A DNA stretch of 64,000 nucleotides from a virus (IMGVR_UViG_3300022555_000024:32001-96000); one strand, 5' to 3'. Shown: positions 39,334 to 51,181, numbered from the stretch's first letter. A program made the numbers and translations. The notes: generated from the letters alone by a model not told the origin.

Positions 39334-39779
39334 CAGAAAAAGAACTTTATTGGGCAAAAAGATACTTAGGAATAGCTAAAGAAGTGTCAACGTGGTCAAA
39401 GGATCCATCAACAAAAGTTGGTGCTGTTGCTGTTGGTTCAAAGGGCCAAATATTATCTCAGGGTTTTAATGGTTTTGCTCGGGGTATTAAAGATACCACC
39501 GAAAGATTAAATAACAGAGAAATGAAATATTCTCTGATGGTTCATGCAGAAATGAATACTATTTATAATGCAACTTATAATGGAGTATCTCTCGATGGAG
39601 CTTCTCTATACGTTTATGGTCTTCCTGTATGTAGTGAATGTGCAAAGGGAATTATACAGGTTGGGATACGTTCTGTTTATATGAACATAGAATCAGAATG
39701 GCCTGAAAAATGGAAAGATTCTTGGGAATTTACCAAGACAGTATTTACAGAATGTGGTGTTAAATTTTATTTAATATGA
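39330..39779 (+). CDS. dCMP deaminase
   Basis: SKDPSTKVG, HAEMN and PVCSEC. Confidence 0.92.
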   Translation: MTEKELYWAKRYLGIAKEVSTWSKDPSTKVGAVAVGSKGQILSQGFNGFARGIKDTTERLNNREMKYSLMVHAEMNTIYNATYNGVSLDGASLYVYGLPVCSECAKGIIQVGIRSVYMNIESEWPEKWKDSWEFTKTVFTECGVKFYLI

Positions 39780-40879
39780 AAATAGCTGTTATTAAGTTAG
39801 GGGCACGGTTAGTATTTGGCGATAAGGTTGGTTCTAGTGGCGGCAGTGGTGAAGCTCAATCATTGGTAAATATGTTATCAGAAGCTGGAGCAGAAGTTCA
39901 TTGTTTTACAAAGATACTTAAGGATGATTATATACCAAATGATATTAATATACATCAAATAGAAGAAGAATATTCAACAGTGAACACTTATGATATACTT
40001 ATTGTTATAAACGGAACTGTGAACTTTTTTGGAGGTGTTGCTGATAATTCACAGATTTTAAATTATCATATGATAAACAATTTTTCTAAGAAAGTTATAT
40101 ACATTCATTGTGATCCCAATCTTCCTTTGAAACAACTTTGGCCTTCTATAAAGAATAGAACATGGGCTTCTGATTGGAAAGAATCTGATATAGTTATTGT
40201 TAAGAAAATAGATGTAGTTACTCAATCAACAAACATAACAAAAGTACTGACAGCATTTAAGGACATACATATAGATAAGATTTTTCAATACGATTTCCAG
40301 AAATTTCCTATGATGTTTGTAAAACCACAAATATCAGAAGAAAGAATTTATACATCTGACTTATCTTATGGCGGAACATTTAGAGCAGGCCGCAGAGAAA
40401 AGAAATTAATAGAATTTTACTTTGGGTATCCCGAAGATTTAAAAGTAGAATTGTTTGGGAAAATTAAAGAAGAAAAATTTAACCCCCAAAAAGTAGGAAC
40501 TCTTAGATCTCCAAACTTTTCTGGCCCAGTTGATTACAATAAAATGCTTCATAAAATGTCAGAATCCAAAGCACATGTTGCTATAGGGGATGGACATTAC
40601 CCAGAGTTTGGGATGATTTCTCAGAGAGTATATGAGTCAATCATGTCTGATTGCGTTACGTTTATAGATATAGATTTTGATAGAAATAAAAGAGTTTTTG
40701 GAGACACTGAATTAGGTAAATTTCTTTATGTAACAAATAGAGATCAAGTTTATAAAAGGTTAAAAATGTTAACTAATTCTGAGCTAAATACTATAATAAA
40801 ATTACAACATAAAATAGTAGATTTTAATAGAGATACATATTGCTCCGATTTTTATAAACTAATTCAAAATTTAGCATGA
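39776..40879 (+). CDS. DNA beta-glucosyltransferase-like protein (T4 Bgt family)
   Basis: MKIAVIKLG start, YGGTFRAGRREKKLIEF (cf. T4 Bgt YGGSFRSGQRE), IGD..Y, RVYE and FID..FD. Confidence 0.85.
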   Translation: MKIAVIKLGARLVFGDKVGSSGGSGEAQSLVNMLSEAGAEVHCFTKILKDDYIPNDINIHQIEEEYSTVNTYDILIVINGTVNFFGGVADNSQILNYHMINNFSKKVIYIHCDPNLPLKQLWPSIKNRTWASDWKESDIVIVKKIDVVTQSTNITKVLTAFKDIHIDKIFQYDFQKFPMMFVKPQISEERIYTSDLSYGGTFRAGRREKKLIEFYFGYPEDLKVELFGKIKEEKFNPQKVGTLRSPNFSGPVDYNKMLHKMSESKAHVAIGDGHYPEFGMISQRVYESIMSDCVTFIDIDFDRNKRVFGDTELGKFLYVTNRDQVYKRLKMLTNSELNTIIKLQHKIVDFNRDTYCSDFYKLIQNLA

Positions 40880-41682
40880 CACAAATAAAAGATACATTCG
40901 ATGATTCATCATCCATGTTTTTTAATAATAATTATTTTGGGAATGCAAAGTTTTCCAACGGGTGGCACATGTCGTTTGCCTTTAGATATACTACAACATG
41001 TACAGAAATTTTAAGAGTAAAGAGAGAAAATCAACAAGACTCACTAAAAATATTAGATATTGGGTGTGGTAACAAGACATTTTACAGATTTTGGATGTGC
41101 AATTTTGACTCCCATTGTAGACCTAGAATTAATTATGTCGGTTTAGAGTACCTTAAGGATGTTGTGGAAGAAGCAAATAAGACCTCCAGCGAGACTTTTG
41201 CCAATTCAAATGAAGTAATTCAATATGATTTGAATACACAATCACTGCATGACATAGGAAAATTTGAAAAATATGATGTTATACTTTTACAGGAAATTCT
41301 AGAACATGTTACAGAAGAAACTGGTAAATCTCTTTTAAAAGAAGCAAAAGAAATTTTATCAGATCGAGGTTTCATAATTGTTTCGTCTCCTAATCCAAAA
41401 AAATCTCAAGGACAAGAATTTGTCTGGCCGGAAAATCATATTCAGGAGTTTACTTTAGACGAAATGAAAGCTATGATTCAGGAAGCAGGATTTTCTATTA
41501 AACGTGTGAATGGTTGGTTGGGTAAAGCTAAATATTTTAAGAAATTGCTAGATAAAGAAACTTTAGATTTGTATAATAATGTTAAAGATGTATCTCAAGG
41601 TTTAGCTGCTAGTATTATAGCATTCATGAAACCAGAGATAGCTGAATGCTATATTATAGTTGCCGAAAACAATAAAAAATAA
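40876..41682 (+). CDS. class I SAM-dependent methyltransferase
   Basis: ILDIGCG, EILEHV, SSPN and HIQEF. Confidence 0.85.
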   Translation: MTQIKDTFDDSSSMFFNNNYFGNAKFSNGWHMSFAFRYTTTCTEILRVKRENQQDSLKILDIGCGNKTFYRFWMCNFDSHCRPRINYVGLEYLKDVVEEANKTSSETFANSNEVIQYDLNTQSLHDIGKFEKYDVILLQEILEHVTEETGKSLLKEAKEILSDRGFIIVSSPNPKKSQGQEFVWPENHIQEFTLDEMKAMIQEAGFSIKRVNGWLGKAKYFKKLLDKETLDLYNNVKDVSQGLAASIIAFMKPEIAECYIIVAENNKK

Positions 41683-41686
41683 TAGT

Positions 41687-42092
41687 ATGCAAAAATACGT
41701 TTTGGGTTTTATATTTGATACTGGATTGGAACACGTAGTATTAATAGAAAAAAAACAGACCTGATTGGCAAAAAGGAAAACTCAACGGAATAGGAGGTAA
41801 GATAGAATATAATGAATCTCCTTTAGATGCTATGATAAGAGAAGCACATGAAGAAACAAACGTAACGTCGGATCTTTGGCTTTACGTTGCTACTTTATAT
41901 TTTACAGAATGCGAATTGCATGTATTTGCTGTAAGTGGATTGGAGTATTATCAAGCAATTTCGATGACCGATGAAAAAATCCAAAAGTTAAGAATAAAAG
42001 ATCTTGGTATTACTACTATTAAACCAATAGAAAATGTTCCATCATTGATAACTTTAGCTAAACAATCTTTAATAACAGAATTTTATACATAA
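41687..42092 (+). pseudogene. Nudix hydrolase, frameshifted in an A-run (~41750)
   Basis: MQKYVLGF...IEKK then, after the shift, RPDWQKGKLNGIGGKIEYNESPLDAMIREAHEET (Nudix box). Confidence 0.8.
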
Positions 42093-42095
42093 AAT

Positions 42096-43877
42096 ATGAA
42101 AATTGTAATATTCTCTGGTGGCACCGGATCTGTTGGTTTACAACGAGGACTTTATAAAGTTTTTGGTCCTGATTGTTTAGATTATTCTGTTATAATTAAT
42201 TGTTATGATAATGGAAAAAGTACTGGTACTTGCCGCCAAGTTTTTGACGGAAAAATATTAGGACCATCAGACTTAAGAAAAAATCAACTTCTTAGACACG
42301 AATTATCTCATGGTAATAATAAGCTTTTAGAATTTTTAGAACAACGTCTTACTTTTTCTTATTCTGATATAGAAGATGCGATAACTGATCAGTTGGTAGA
42401 TTTATTAGACAAAAATGATGAGCATGAACTCGATTTGTATTCTATTTGTATGGAAGGAACCCAACTTTTTTTTAACTCAGAAAATGCTACTAATGTAGAG
42501 TATAAAGACTTTTCTGTAGCTAATATAATATATTCGGGTTTAGCATCAAAGTATGGTATGAACGGAGCAGCGAAACAAATGTCTAGAGTTCTTGGAATAT
42601 ATCCGGACGATGTTATTTGCAACGATGATACCTCACTCTTTTTACAAGCCAAAACCAAATCGGGTCATATAATATCAGATGAAGGAGATTTGGTAGAATG
42701 GAATAATGCGGAAGATAAAATAACAGAATGTTTTTTGTTAGATGTAGATGGAAATCAAGCAACACCAATCTTAACAACTGAATGTAAAGATTTAATAGAC
42801 AATGCAGATGTTTTAATATTTTCATCAGGAACTCAATGGTCTTCTCTTATCCCAACTTATATGTCTATAGGATTTACAGAAGCTATATCTAAGAGTAAAG
42901 CTAAGAAATATGTAGTTTTAAATACGTCTCAGGATAAAGATATTAAAGGCCTGTCTGGTTTAGAACTTCTTGATCTAATAACAACTCATCTTAAAGTTGA
43001 TACCAAGACACTTATCCCAGTTATTTCTAGTAATGCATCTGATGATATTTTAATAACACCCGATCAAGTAGAACAAGTAAAACAAAAATTTGCAGATGTT
43101 GTTTATTCCGAAATGAGTGAAGGGAATAAACACAATCCAAATAAACTAGTTCTTTCTATATTTGGGAATTATTTTGGAATTAAAACTATTTTAGATAGAA
43201 ATAATTTAGTCTTTGATTTAGATGACACTGTAATAGCAAGAAATCTAAATTTTGAGTGGATTTCGAGAGAAAATTGTGCAATGTTTGACTTTATTAACAG
43301 ATCAAACAAACTTTCTTTGTTTATCTGTACAGGAAACGATGTTAGCAAATTGAAAGGACATTTCGAAACATCTATAAACACCTTTGCGGATGGCGGCGTT
43401 AATGAATATCTAGTATCTAAAGAAAACATAACATTTATAAAGCATTTAGATAATGATATGCTTATCGAAAAATCCACAATGGAAACTCTTATAGAACTCT
43501 TAGATGTTCATGGAATACCAAAGCGTATGATACAGAATAGAAACAATTCTATTTTATCTATTAGACCTATATTACCTGAATATAGATATTCAATTTTTAA
43601 TTTAATTTTCTATATTCTAATAATAAATAATTTGAATGATAGGATAGAAGTAAAAATGACAGGAAATAGTACGGTAGAATTGTCTACCATATCGTTATCT
43701 AAAACTGTTATTATGAACACTATATTTAAGGATAAGGAAATTTCTTACGTTGGGGACGAGCCTATTGGAAACGATAAGGATATGTTTTCTAATCCAAAAA
43801 TTCATGGAATAAAAGTTAAGGGAGCTTTTGACACAAATATGTTATTAAAAATATTATGCATTCACTCATTATCGTAG
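42096..43877 (+). CDS. CofD/YvcK-family transferase fused to a HAD-family phosphatase/mutase
   Basis: FSGGTG, YDNGKSTG, GPSDLRK and SSGTQWSSLIP; C-terminal FDLDDT, CTGN and VGDE..GND. Confidence 0.8.
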   Translation: MKIVIFSGGTGSVGLQRGLYKVFGPDCLDYSVIINCYDNGKSTGTCRQVFDGKILGPSDLRKNQLLRHELSHGNNKLLEFLEQRLTFSYSDIEDAITDQLVDLLDKNDEHELDLYSICMEGTQLFFNSENATNVEYKDFSVANIIYSGLASKYGMNGAAKQMSRVLGIYPDDVICNDDTSLFLQAKTKSGHIISDEGDLVEWNNAEDKITECFLLDVDGNQATPILTTECKDLIDNADVLIFSSGTQWSSLIPTYMSIGFTEAISKSKAKKYVVLNTSQDKDIKGLSGLELLDLITTHLKVDTKTLIPVISSNASDDILITPDQVEQVKQKFADVVYSEMSEGNKHNPNKLVLSIFGNYFGIKTILDRNNLVFDLDDTVIARNLNFEWISRENCAMFDFINRSNKLSLFICTGNDVSKLKGHFETSINTFADGGVNEYLVSKENITFIKHLDNDMLIEKSTMETLIELLDVHGIPKRMIQNRNNSILSIRPILPEYRYSIFNLIFYILIINNLNDRIEVKMTGNSTVELSTISLSKTVIMNTIFKDKEISYVGDEPIGNDKDMFSNPKIHGIKVKGAFDTNMLLKILCIHSLS

Positions 43878-44593
43878 CAGCTGGAAATGGTAGTAGGATG
43901 GGCAGTATTCCCATTCCTAAGGCTTTATTTCCAATTAATGGAAAACCAAATATAGAATGGATTATAGAAAGTGCTAGAGGTTATTTTGATGATATTATTA
44001 TTGTAGCAAGAAATGGGTTTGGATTTCATTTTAACTATTTAAAAAATTCAAAAGAAACTCCAATAAGTATTCTAGAAATAAGTTCAGGATTAGGTGACGG
44101 CCATGCAGTTCTTTCTACTCTTCAAATTCTAAAGGATCAAGGGAAATTGGATGAAAGAATAATAACAATAATATGGGGAGATTTATATTGTCCTACTTCT
44201 ATACTTTTTGTCGAATTAAAATCTCACATTTCAAATATATCTAGACAGCCAATAATAGTTCCTGTAGCATACGAGAAAGATCCATATGTACATTTTTCTA
44301 TAGATCCTGATGGAAAAATACGAGCAGCAAATTTTAGTAAATTTGGAGAAATTATAACAGAAGGTCTTCATGATCAATCAGTATTTATGGGCAGTGCGAG
44401 AGTGTTTCTTAAATTTTTAACAGATTTGCATAATTCTTTATGGAAAGATGGCAAATATGTATCAAATTCGGGTGAACTCAACATGCTTCATATCTTCCAT
44501 CTTATGTATAACGTAGGTTCTCCAGCCATAGTTCATATAACAGAAAATATTTTATCATCCTATAACTCGGTCAAGGAGGCCGAAAAAATATGA
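43856..44593 (+). CDS. sugar-phosphate nucleotidyltransferase (NTP_transferase / MobA-like)
   Basis: IVAAGNGSRMG..PKAL, GLGDGHAV and WGD. Confidence 0.85.
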   Translation: MHSLIIVAAGNGSRMGSIPIPKALFPINGKPNIEWIIESARGYFDDIIIVARNGFGFHFNYLKNSKETPISILEISSGLGDGHAVLSTLQILKDQGKLDERIITIIWGDLYCPTSILFVELKSHISNISRQPIIVPVAYEKDPYVHFSIDPDGKIRAANFSKFGEIITEGLHDQSVFMGSARVFLKFLTDLHNSLWKDGKYVSNSGELNMLHIFHLMYNVGSPAIVHITENILSSYNSVKEAEKI

Positions 44594-45042
44594 CACCTCA
44601 ATTGAAATTTTGTAAAGTAGCAGATGTAAAATCACCAACAAGAGCACATAGTACAGATGCGGGAATTGATTTTTTTGTACCAAATGATTTTATAGAAACC
44701 TTATTAAAACCTGGTTGTTCTATTCTTATTCCATCTGGAATTAAGGTCGATGTACCTATTGGGTGGGCTTTAGTATTCTTTAATAAATCTGGTGTTGCCG
44801 TTAAGAAGAATCTTTTGGTAGGAGCGGAAGTTGTAGATTCTGGATATGAGGGTCAAGTACACATACATCTTATCAACGTGGGTACAGGAATTACTACAAT
44901 ATCATCAGGAGAAAAGATAATTCAAGGTATTATGTTACCTATAGGTTCTCACTTTCCCATTGAAACTTTAGAAGAAGATATGTGGAAGGATTCTAAATCT
45001 GATAGAGCAGAAGGCGGTTTTGGTTCTTCTGGTGTAAAATAA
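44590..45042 (+). CDS. dut: dUTPase
   Basis: AGIDF, KSG, VVDSGYEG, Q and RAEGGFGSSG. Confidence 0.95.
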   Translation: MTPQLKFCKVADVKSPTRAHSTDAGIDFFVPNDFIETLLKPGCSILIPSGIKVDVPIGWALVFFNKSGVAVKKNLLVGAEVVDSGYEGQVHIHLINVGTGITTISSGEKIIQGIMLPIGSHFPIETLEEDMWKDSKSDRAEGGFGSSGVK

Positions 45043-45105
45043 AGTTTCATAGTTAATGGAAAATGATTATATTGTACTATAAGAAAAATAAACGATGAAA
45101 AATAG

Positions 45106-46077
45106 ATGAATAAAATCATTATCCCTATTAGTATTTCTGGCTCAGGTAAATCTACTTGGGCTAAGAATTATGTAAAAAATTCTGAAGATAAATCCGTGAT
45201 AGTTTCTAGAGATGCTATCCGTATGTCTCTTTTTGGTCTTACTGACGTAACATACGACGAGTATTATGCGCAACCACAAGAAGTTATACGTAAGCGCGAG
45301 GAAATAGTAACAAATTTTTCTACACAGCAAATTTGGTATGCACTTCAAAATGGGTTTAATGTAATAGCAGACAACACTCATCTTCGTAAATGCTACATTA
45401 ATATGTATAAAGTATTTGGTGTAGAACTTGAACTTATTTTTGATACAAATCTTAATGAATGTAAAATTTGCCAAGGGAATAGACAAAGACATACCAGTGA
45501 AGAAGTAATTCTTGCGCAGAATAAATCATTAAAATCTCTTCTAGATACAAATATTATTAATGAAATTGATGAATATAATAAATTCGTAAATGATATACAG
45601 ATAAATTTTAGAAAAGAACCATATTCTGTATCTAAGCAAGATGCTGTGGTTGTTGATATAGATGGTACTGTTGCTTTGAAGGGAGATAGAGGAATCCATG
45701 ATCTTAGTAAAGTAAAACTAGATACACCAAACAAAGGTATCACAGAAATTGTTAAAGTATTGCATGAAGGCACAACTAATATTATCTTTTGTTCTGGTCG
45801 GGAAGATAATTGTCGTGAAGAAACTCTTGCATGGTTAAATGATCCTAAAAATGGAATAGTTAGTTCTGCTTTTCCTGAGGATCAATTCAGGAACTTTCAT
45901 CTTAGAATGAGGAAAGCAGGTGATAATAGAAAAGATTGGAAAATTAAAGCAGAACTCTGGAATAACATTCAACAGGATTTTAATATCGTTGCAATGATCG
46001 ACGACAGAGATCAAGTAGTTCATATTGGTCGTCGTCTTGGTTATACGATGATTCAAGTAAATTACGGAGACTTTTGA
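45106..46077 (+). CDS. pseT: polynucleotide kinase / 3'-phosphatase
   Basis: SGSGKST, SRDAIR, DIDGT, SGR and DDRDQVV. Confidence 0.9.
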   Translation: MNKIIIPISISGSGKSTWAKNYVKNSEDKSVIVSRDAIRMSLFGLTDVTYDEYYAQPQEVIRKREEIVTNFSTQQIWYALQNGFNVIADNTHLRKCYINMYKVFGVELELIFDTNLNECKICQGNRQRHTSEEVILAQNKSLKSLLDTNIINEIDEYNKFVNDIQINFRKEPYSVSKQDAVVVDIDGTVALKGDRGIHDLSKVKLDTPNKGITEIVKVLHEGTTNIIFCSGREDNCREETLAWLNDPKNGIVSSAFPEDQFRNFHLRMRKAGDNRKDWKIKAELWNNIQQDFNIVAMIDDRDQVVHIGRRLGYTMIQVNYGDF

Positions 46078-48111
46078 TGTTATATAAAATAAATGAGATT
46101 GATATATTTACACATTGGGGTTTAAGCTGTACTGATATAATTCCATTAATTCCACCGGAAATCAGTGATGATCTGCATAGTTTTGTTTATATCATGTATA
46201 TAGAATTGCGATATTCGTTATTATCATTAATAAGAATTGATGAATATGAAAATTTTGAAATAGAATGAAACATTACAATTTAAATTTTGTAGTTGGAATA
46301 CCAACGATTCCAAGTTTTTTCCCTATTTTTGAAATAGAAAATAAGAGTAAAATGTGGTATATTACTAAAAATATTCTAGTAAAAATTAATTCAACTTATA
46401 TTAATATTATATTATGAATAAGAAAATTAAAGAACTTTTAGAAAAATCTCGATATCGGTGTGAAACATCATCTGGAGATGCTGTAATAATTCCGTATGAT
46501 AATATAGAAAAATTTGCAAATCTTATTATATTAGAATGTATAAAGGAAGCAAAAGATGATATCTTGCTATGGTCAGAAAGAGATCAATGTCTTGTTGGTC
46601 AAGTATTGGATAGAATTATAAAACATTTTGGACTCATTGAAGCAACATTAGATGTGTATGAAAAAGAGATTTGAAAGGGTTTTAAATATGCTATTTGCGC
46701 ATTTTGAAATGTTGTGTTTTACTGAAAATACTTTGCCTTGGTATATGTTAGTATACAAATGGTGTTTATATGTATTTTTTGCATTATATCAACGTATTTT
46801 CTTATAATTTGAAAAAATGCAATCTAAAAGCGGGATAAATTATATCAATGATAACTAAAAAGGATTGGAAGGAATTTCTTACATTTGCAACAAAATTACA
46901 GGAATATGGTTCTTTATCTTTTGATTGTGAAGTTATAGCATCGATAAAAAATGATGCAATGTATGGAATATTAAAAAGAAAAACTGTTTTTGATGAACCA
47001 ACAATATTCATTTTAAAACATCCAGATAGTTTCGTTGACGGTAAAATAACAAAGAAAAGATTATACGAAAGAATTAAATTTGAAACTGACCTTTCTACAA
47101 TAAAACAACTTTTAAGCAATGAAAAATAGTATATACAAAGAATTAGCAGTAAAAGCAGGATTTTATTTAGAAAAATCCGGAGAAATATATTCTCCTATTA
47201 TTGAGGATGAGGATATTTCTAGTTATTTGGAAAAATTTGCAGAATTAGTTAGAAACCACACCGCGGAAAATTGTGCAGAACTTGTCGGAGAGTTTGAGAA
47301 CAATAGAACATTTCAATATGCAGGAGTTTTATTAGAGATTATTACGGAATAAATGAAACTGTATAACATAAGAAATATTTCTAACAGATTCCGGGTATGG
47401 GAATTTGACGGTCATTTAAATCGTCTTAATTTAAGTTGGTTATTTGCTACTGATTATACATGTCTTGAAGGGACTTTTGAACCTGTCTATAATAAAATGA
47501 ATTTCATTAAAATATTAGCATGAATAAACAAATAGAAGAATATAAGAAAGCACAATATCTAATAGAATTAGAGAGGAAACAGTTGAATAATGAACCTTTA
47601 TCTTATTGTAATTGCTGTGGAGCACCTTATTTCTATCAAAAAGATATTGATCATGATCCAGAATGTATTTATTATAATTAAAAACTTATATCAATCAAAC
47701 ATTTAAAATTATGAATAATAAAGTAAATTTGGGAATAATACAATTAATTGTAGCAACAATGCTATTTAGTACCCTATTTATAATTCACGATATATGGTTA
47801 CTTTGTATAAATGTAATACTTGGAATAATTAACTTTTTATATGGTATATATAATTTAATAAAAAATCAAGACTAAACGTAAATGTTTTCAGTAGAACAAA
47901 AAAAGAACAATATCAAGCGAAATTCAGAGAATACTTAGGGCAACAAATCACCCAGAATTACCTATAGGCGAAATTCAATTTAAACTTCACGTTGACAGTG
48001 TAGAAGATTGGTCATTCGCGGATATTATTAATAATGGATCGTGTCCGAATCCGGGAGTAAATCTTTATAATGAAATGGTTGCAATAAAAATGAAATCTAA
48101 GAGGAGAAAAA

Positions 48112-48318
48112 ATGAGCAGTAGTAAAAATAATAGTTCGAGTATAGGATTCTTTGGACTCCTAGCAATTGTATTTATAACTCTAAAACTGATCGGTTATAT
48201 AACTTGGTCATGGTGGTGGGTTCTTGGTCCACTATGGATGCCACTGGCAGTAGTTATATCATGTGGCATTATTTATCTAATTGTTTATGTTTTATTCCAC
48301 TTATTCACAGACAAATGA
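48112..48318 (+). CDS. small membrane protein
   Basis: Hydrophobic LAIVFITLKL..ITWSWWWV..P.W; SD aggag. Confidence 0.7.
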   Translation: MSSSKNNSSSIGFFGLLAIVFITLKLIGYITWSWWWVLGPLWMPLAVVISCGIIYLIVYVLFHLFTDK

Positions 48319-48543
48319 TTAATATAGAAGAAATAAAAGAAACGGGAATTAGACAGTCTCTACAAGAAAAGAGAGATCAACTTTTTTGGAAAATTAAGAA
48401 AGGTACTGATCGAGGTACCGGTAAGTTCTCTTTAACATCTCTTAACAATATTCTCGATGAAATGGATGTTACTATTGTAGACATTAGACATCTTATCGAA
48501 GAGGAAACAAAATTTTATCAATCATTAAATTAAAAAGGTAAAT

Positions 48544-49020
48544 ATGGCAAAGATAGATGTATTGAGCACTACAGAATATAAAAATGGAAGCATTTCAGTA
48601 GAATTGGAACTAGATGATGATGCTAAGAAACTTCTTTTAGAAGCAGGATTTAATTCTATTTTATTAGATTCTCTAAAGAATTTTCAGACAGATGTAGAGA
48701 CAAAGATAGAAGACAAAGTTTCTACTGCTTTTTATATAGGAAATTTACTTATATACGGAGAAAATTTGTCTAGTGTATATACTCCAGAAGAAGCAATAGC
48801 AGAATGTGATAAATTAGGGAAAGGTTGGAGATTGCCAACCTTGGATGAAATGATTATTTTATTCAAAAATAAAAAGGAAATTGGAAATTTAAAAGAACTA
48901 AGTTTTTGGACGAGTGACATTTTTTCGGGTACAATGTTTTTTACGGGAGATGGAACTGTTTGGGTTAACACAACTCCACAATCAACGTATTATTTTGTGC
49001 GTCCAGTAAAAAGCATTTAA
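48544..49020 (+). CDS. DUF1566/Lcl-like domain protein
   Basis: GWRLPTLDEM, FWTS and VRPVK. Confidence 0.65.
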   Translation: MAKIDVLSTTEYKNGSISVELELDDDAKKLLLEAGFNSILLDSLKNFQTDVETKIEDKVSTAFYIGNLLIYGENLSSVYTPEEAIAECDKLGKGWRLPTLDEMIILFKNKKEIGNLKELSFWTSDIFSGTMFFTGDGTVWVNTTPQSTYYFVRPVKSI

Positions 49021-50355
49021 TAGTTATTTTTCGTTAAATTAAAAATGAAAATATGGGAGAATTAAAAACAACAGGAAACAGCAAAATAGATAATGCATTG
49101 GAAATCGCATTAAATTATGCAGGATTTGATGGAGAACACCGTAAAAGTTGGTGTATAGATCAAATGGTTATTGCATTATATGGTGGGGAAGATAGTGATG
49201 CATATAAGGAGTTTGTTTACGTTTATGAAAACCCCGAAGAAGACAATACAGAAGAAACATTAAATTCAGAAGAAGATGAAGATGAGTTTGGTTATGATGC
49301 TGGGTATTCGATATACGAATGGGACAAAGGAATTGCTCCTTGATAAAACAGCATCACTTTCTGTTTGTTATAATTGCATACAATTTCTGAAACCCATAGT
49401 TCCAGGCACAAATTCTAGATGTAATGAATTTGGACATGAAATAACGGTTAATAATGAAGCAAGTGCCGAAAACTGCAAGTTGTATTGGAACAAATATATT
49501 AATGTAGAAAACATATTAAATTGGATAAAAAAATGACGCAAGTAATTGATTATGGTCAATATGAACAAAGTGACCATAGAAGAACATCTATCAATTTTCA
49601 TAACAATAAATCTATTACTGGAGTGTTTAGAAAAATTGCAGATGCACCTAAGCCATGTTTAGATCCCGCTCATAATCCGCCTGCTCATATTGCTTTGGAA
49701 CCTGGAGCAATTTATAAATATATTTGTCCTAGTTGTGGCAGTAAAAGTGTTATTAGCTCTCCTATAATTCTTTGATTTTATTTTTTAAAAATCAAATAAA
49801 GCAAAGAAAAATTTTAGCATTTAAATACAGTAGGAGAATATAGATTGAATAATTGGGAAATAGAAGCAGATAAGATATCATCAAATTCATGTGAAACGAT
49901 AAATCTTAATGTTACATATAAAGCTACTTTTAATTCGATAGAGATACTTTCTTCTATACCTAGTTTATACGTTAAAAGTTTCTTTGTAACAAATTATATA
50001 GACACTCCTACTATAAGAACAAATTATATAGAAATTGGAGGAAAATCATTTGACCCAGAAATGTACGTTAAACGTGATGAGTATCATGATTTGTTAGAAC
50101 GTGTAAAAAATTTAGAAAATGAATTAAAACTACTAAAAACATGAAATTTACAGTTCTTAATGTAACGTCTGCAACTGAACCTTATTTTCTTAATCATATA
50201 AGAAATATATCATTAGAATATCAAGTTGATGAAAAAACGCAGTTCGAAACAATTAAGAAGAAGAAAATAACAACTCAAGATGAATATGATCTGGAAGTTG
50301 GCCGGGCATTTAGAATTGCAATGACAGAATTTTTGAAAACAAAAAAATAAAAACA

Positions 50356-51150
50356 ATGAAAAAATTACTAATTATTCTTGGGATACTTTTAACATCTGCA
50401 ACTGCTTATTCTAAACCTATTATAATTGATGGCTCAACAACAGTAGGTCCAATAGCAAAATCTTTTGCATCAGAATTCCAAAAGAATGGAATTGAGGTTT
50501 CAGTGTCAGAATCTGGCTCTGGAAACGGTGTAAAGTCACTACTCAATGGAACTTGTGACGTTGCAACTTCTTCAAGACATTTAAAACAAGAAGAAATTAC
50601 CGCAGCAAGTACGAAGGGAGTGCATCCTGTTCTAACAATAGTAGCTCTTGATGGATTGTCAGTTATAGTTCATCCAAGTAATCCAATAAAGAATCTTACT
50701 ATTCAACAAGTAAGTGATATCTATACCGGAAAAATAACAAATTGGAATCAAGTAGGTGGTCCATTTGCTATTATTAATGTTATTCAACGAGAATCTAATT
50801 CTGGTACACAGGAAGCGTTCCACGAGTTGGTTATCGGAAAGGATAATCATACTAAACAAGGTGCAGAAACTCAATCATCATCTGGTGCTGTTAAGAATAG
50901 AGTAGCATCAACACCTTCTGCGATTGGTTATGATGGTCTTGGATTTGTTGATAAATCTGTTAAAGCATTAACAATAAATGGAATCAAGGCATCCTCTATA
51001 ACAGTTAAAAGTAATCAATATAAGATATCTAGGCCTTTATATTTTATAACAAATGGTGCACCAGTAGGAAATGTTAAATTGTTTGTTGATTATGCAAAAA
51101 GTGTTTCAGGAAAAAAAATAATTACCGAACTAGGATTCATAGTAAAATAA
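50356..51150 (+). CDS. pstS: phosphate ABC transporter substrate-binding protein
   Basis: Signal peptide; DGSTTV, SGSGNG, SSR, VALDGL, RESNSGT and ISRPLY. Confidence 0.92.
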   Translation: MKKLLIILGILLTSATAYSKPIIIDGSTTVGPIAKSFASEFQKNGIEVSVSESGSGNGVKSLLNGTCDVATSSRHLKQEEITAASTKGVHPVLTIVALDGLSVIVHPSNPIKNLTIQQVSDIYTGKITNWNQVGGPFAIINVIQRESNSGTQEAFHELVIGKDNHTKQGAETQSSSGAVKNRVASTPSAIGYDGLGFVDKSVKALTINGIKASSITVKSNQYKISRPLYFITNGAPVGNVKLFVDYAKSVSGKKIITELGFIVK

Positions 51151-51181
51151 ATTTATTTCTTTCTTAACCAAACATTATAAC

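Noticed and set aside
42096-43877. F420 biosynthesis
   Set aside because: No cofG/cofH/cofE; the context is DNA modification.
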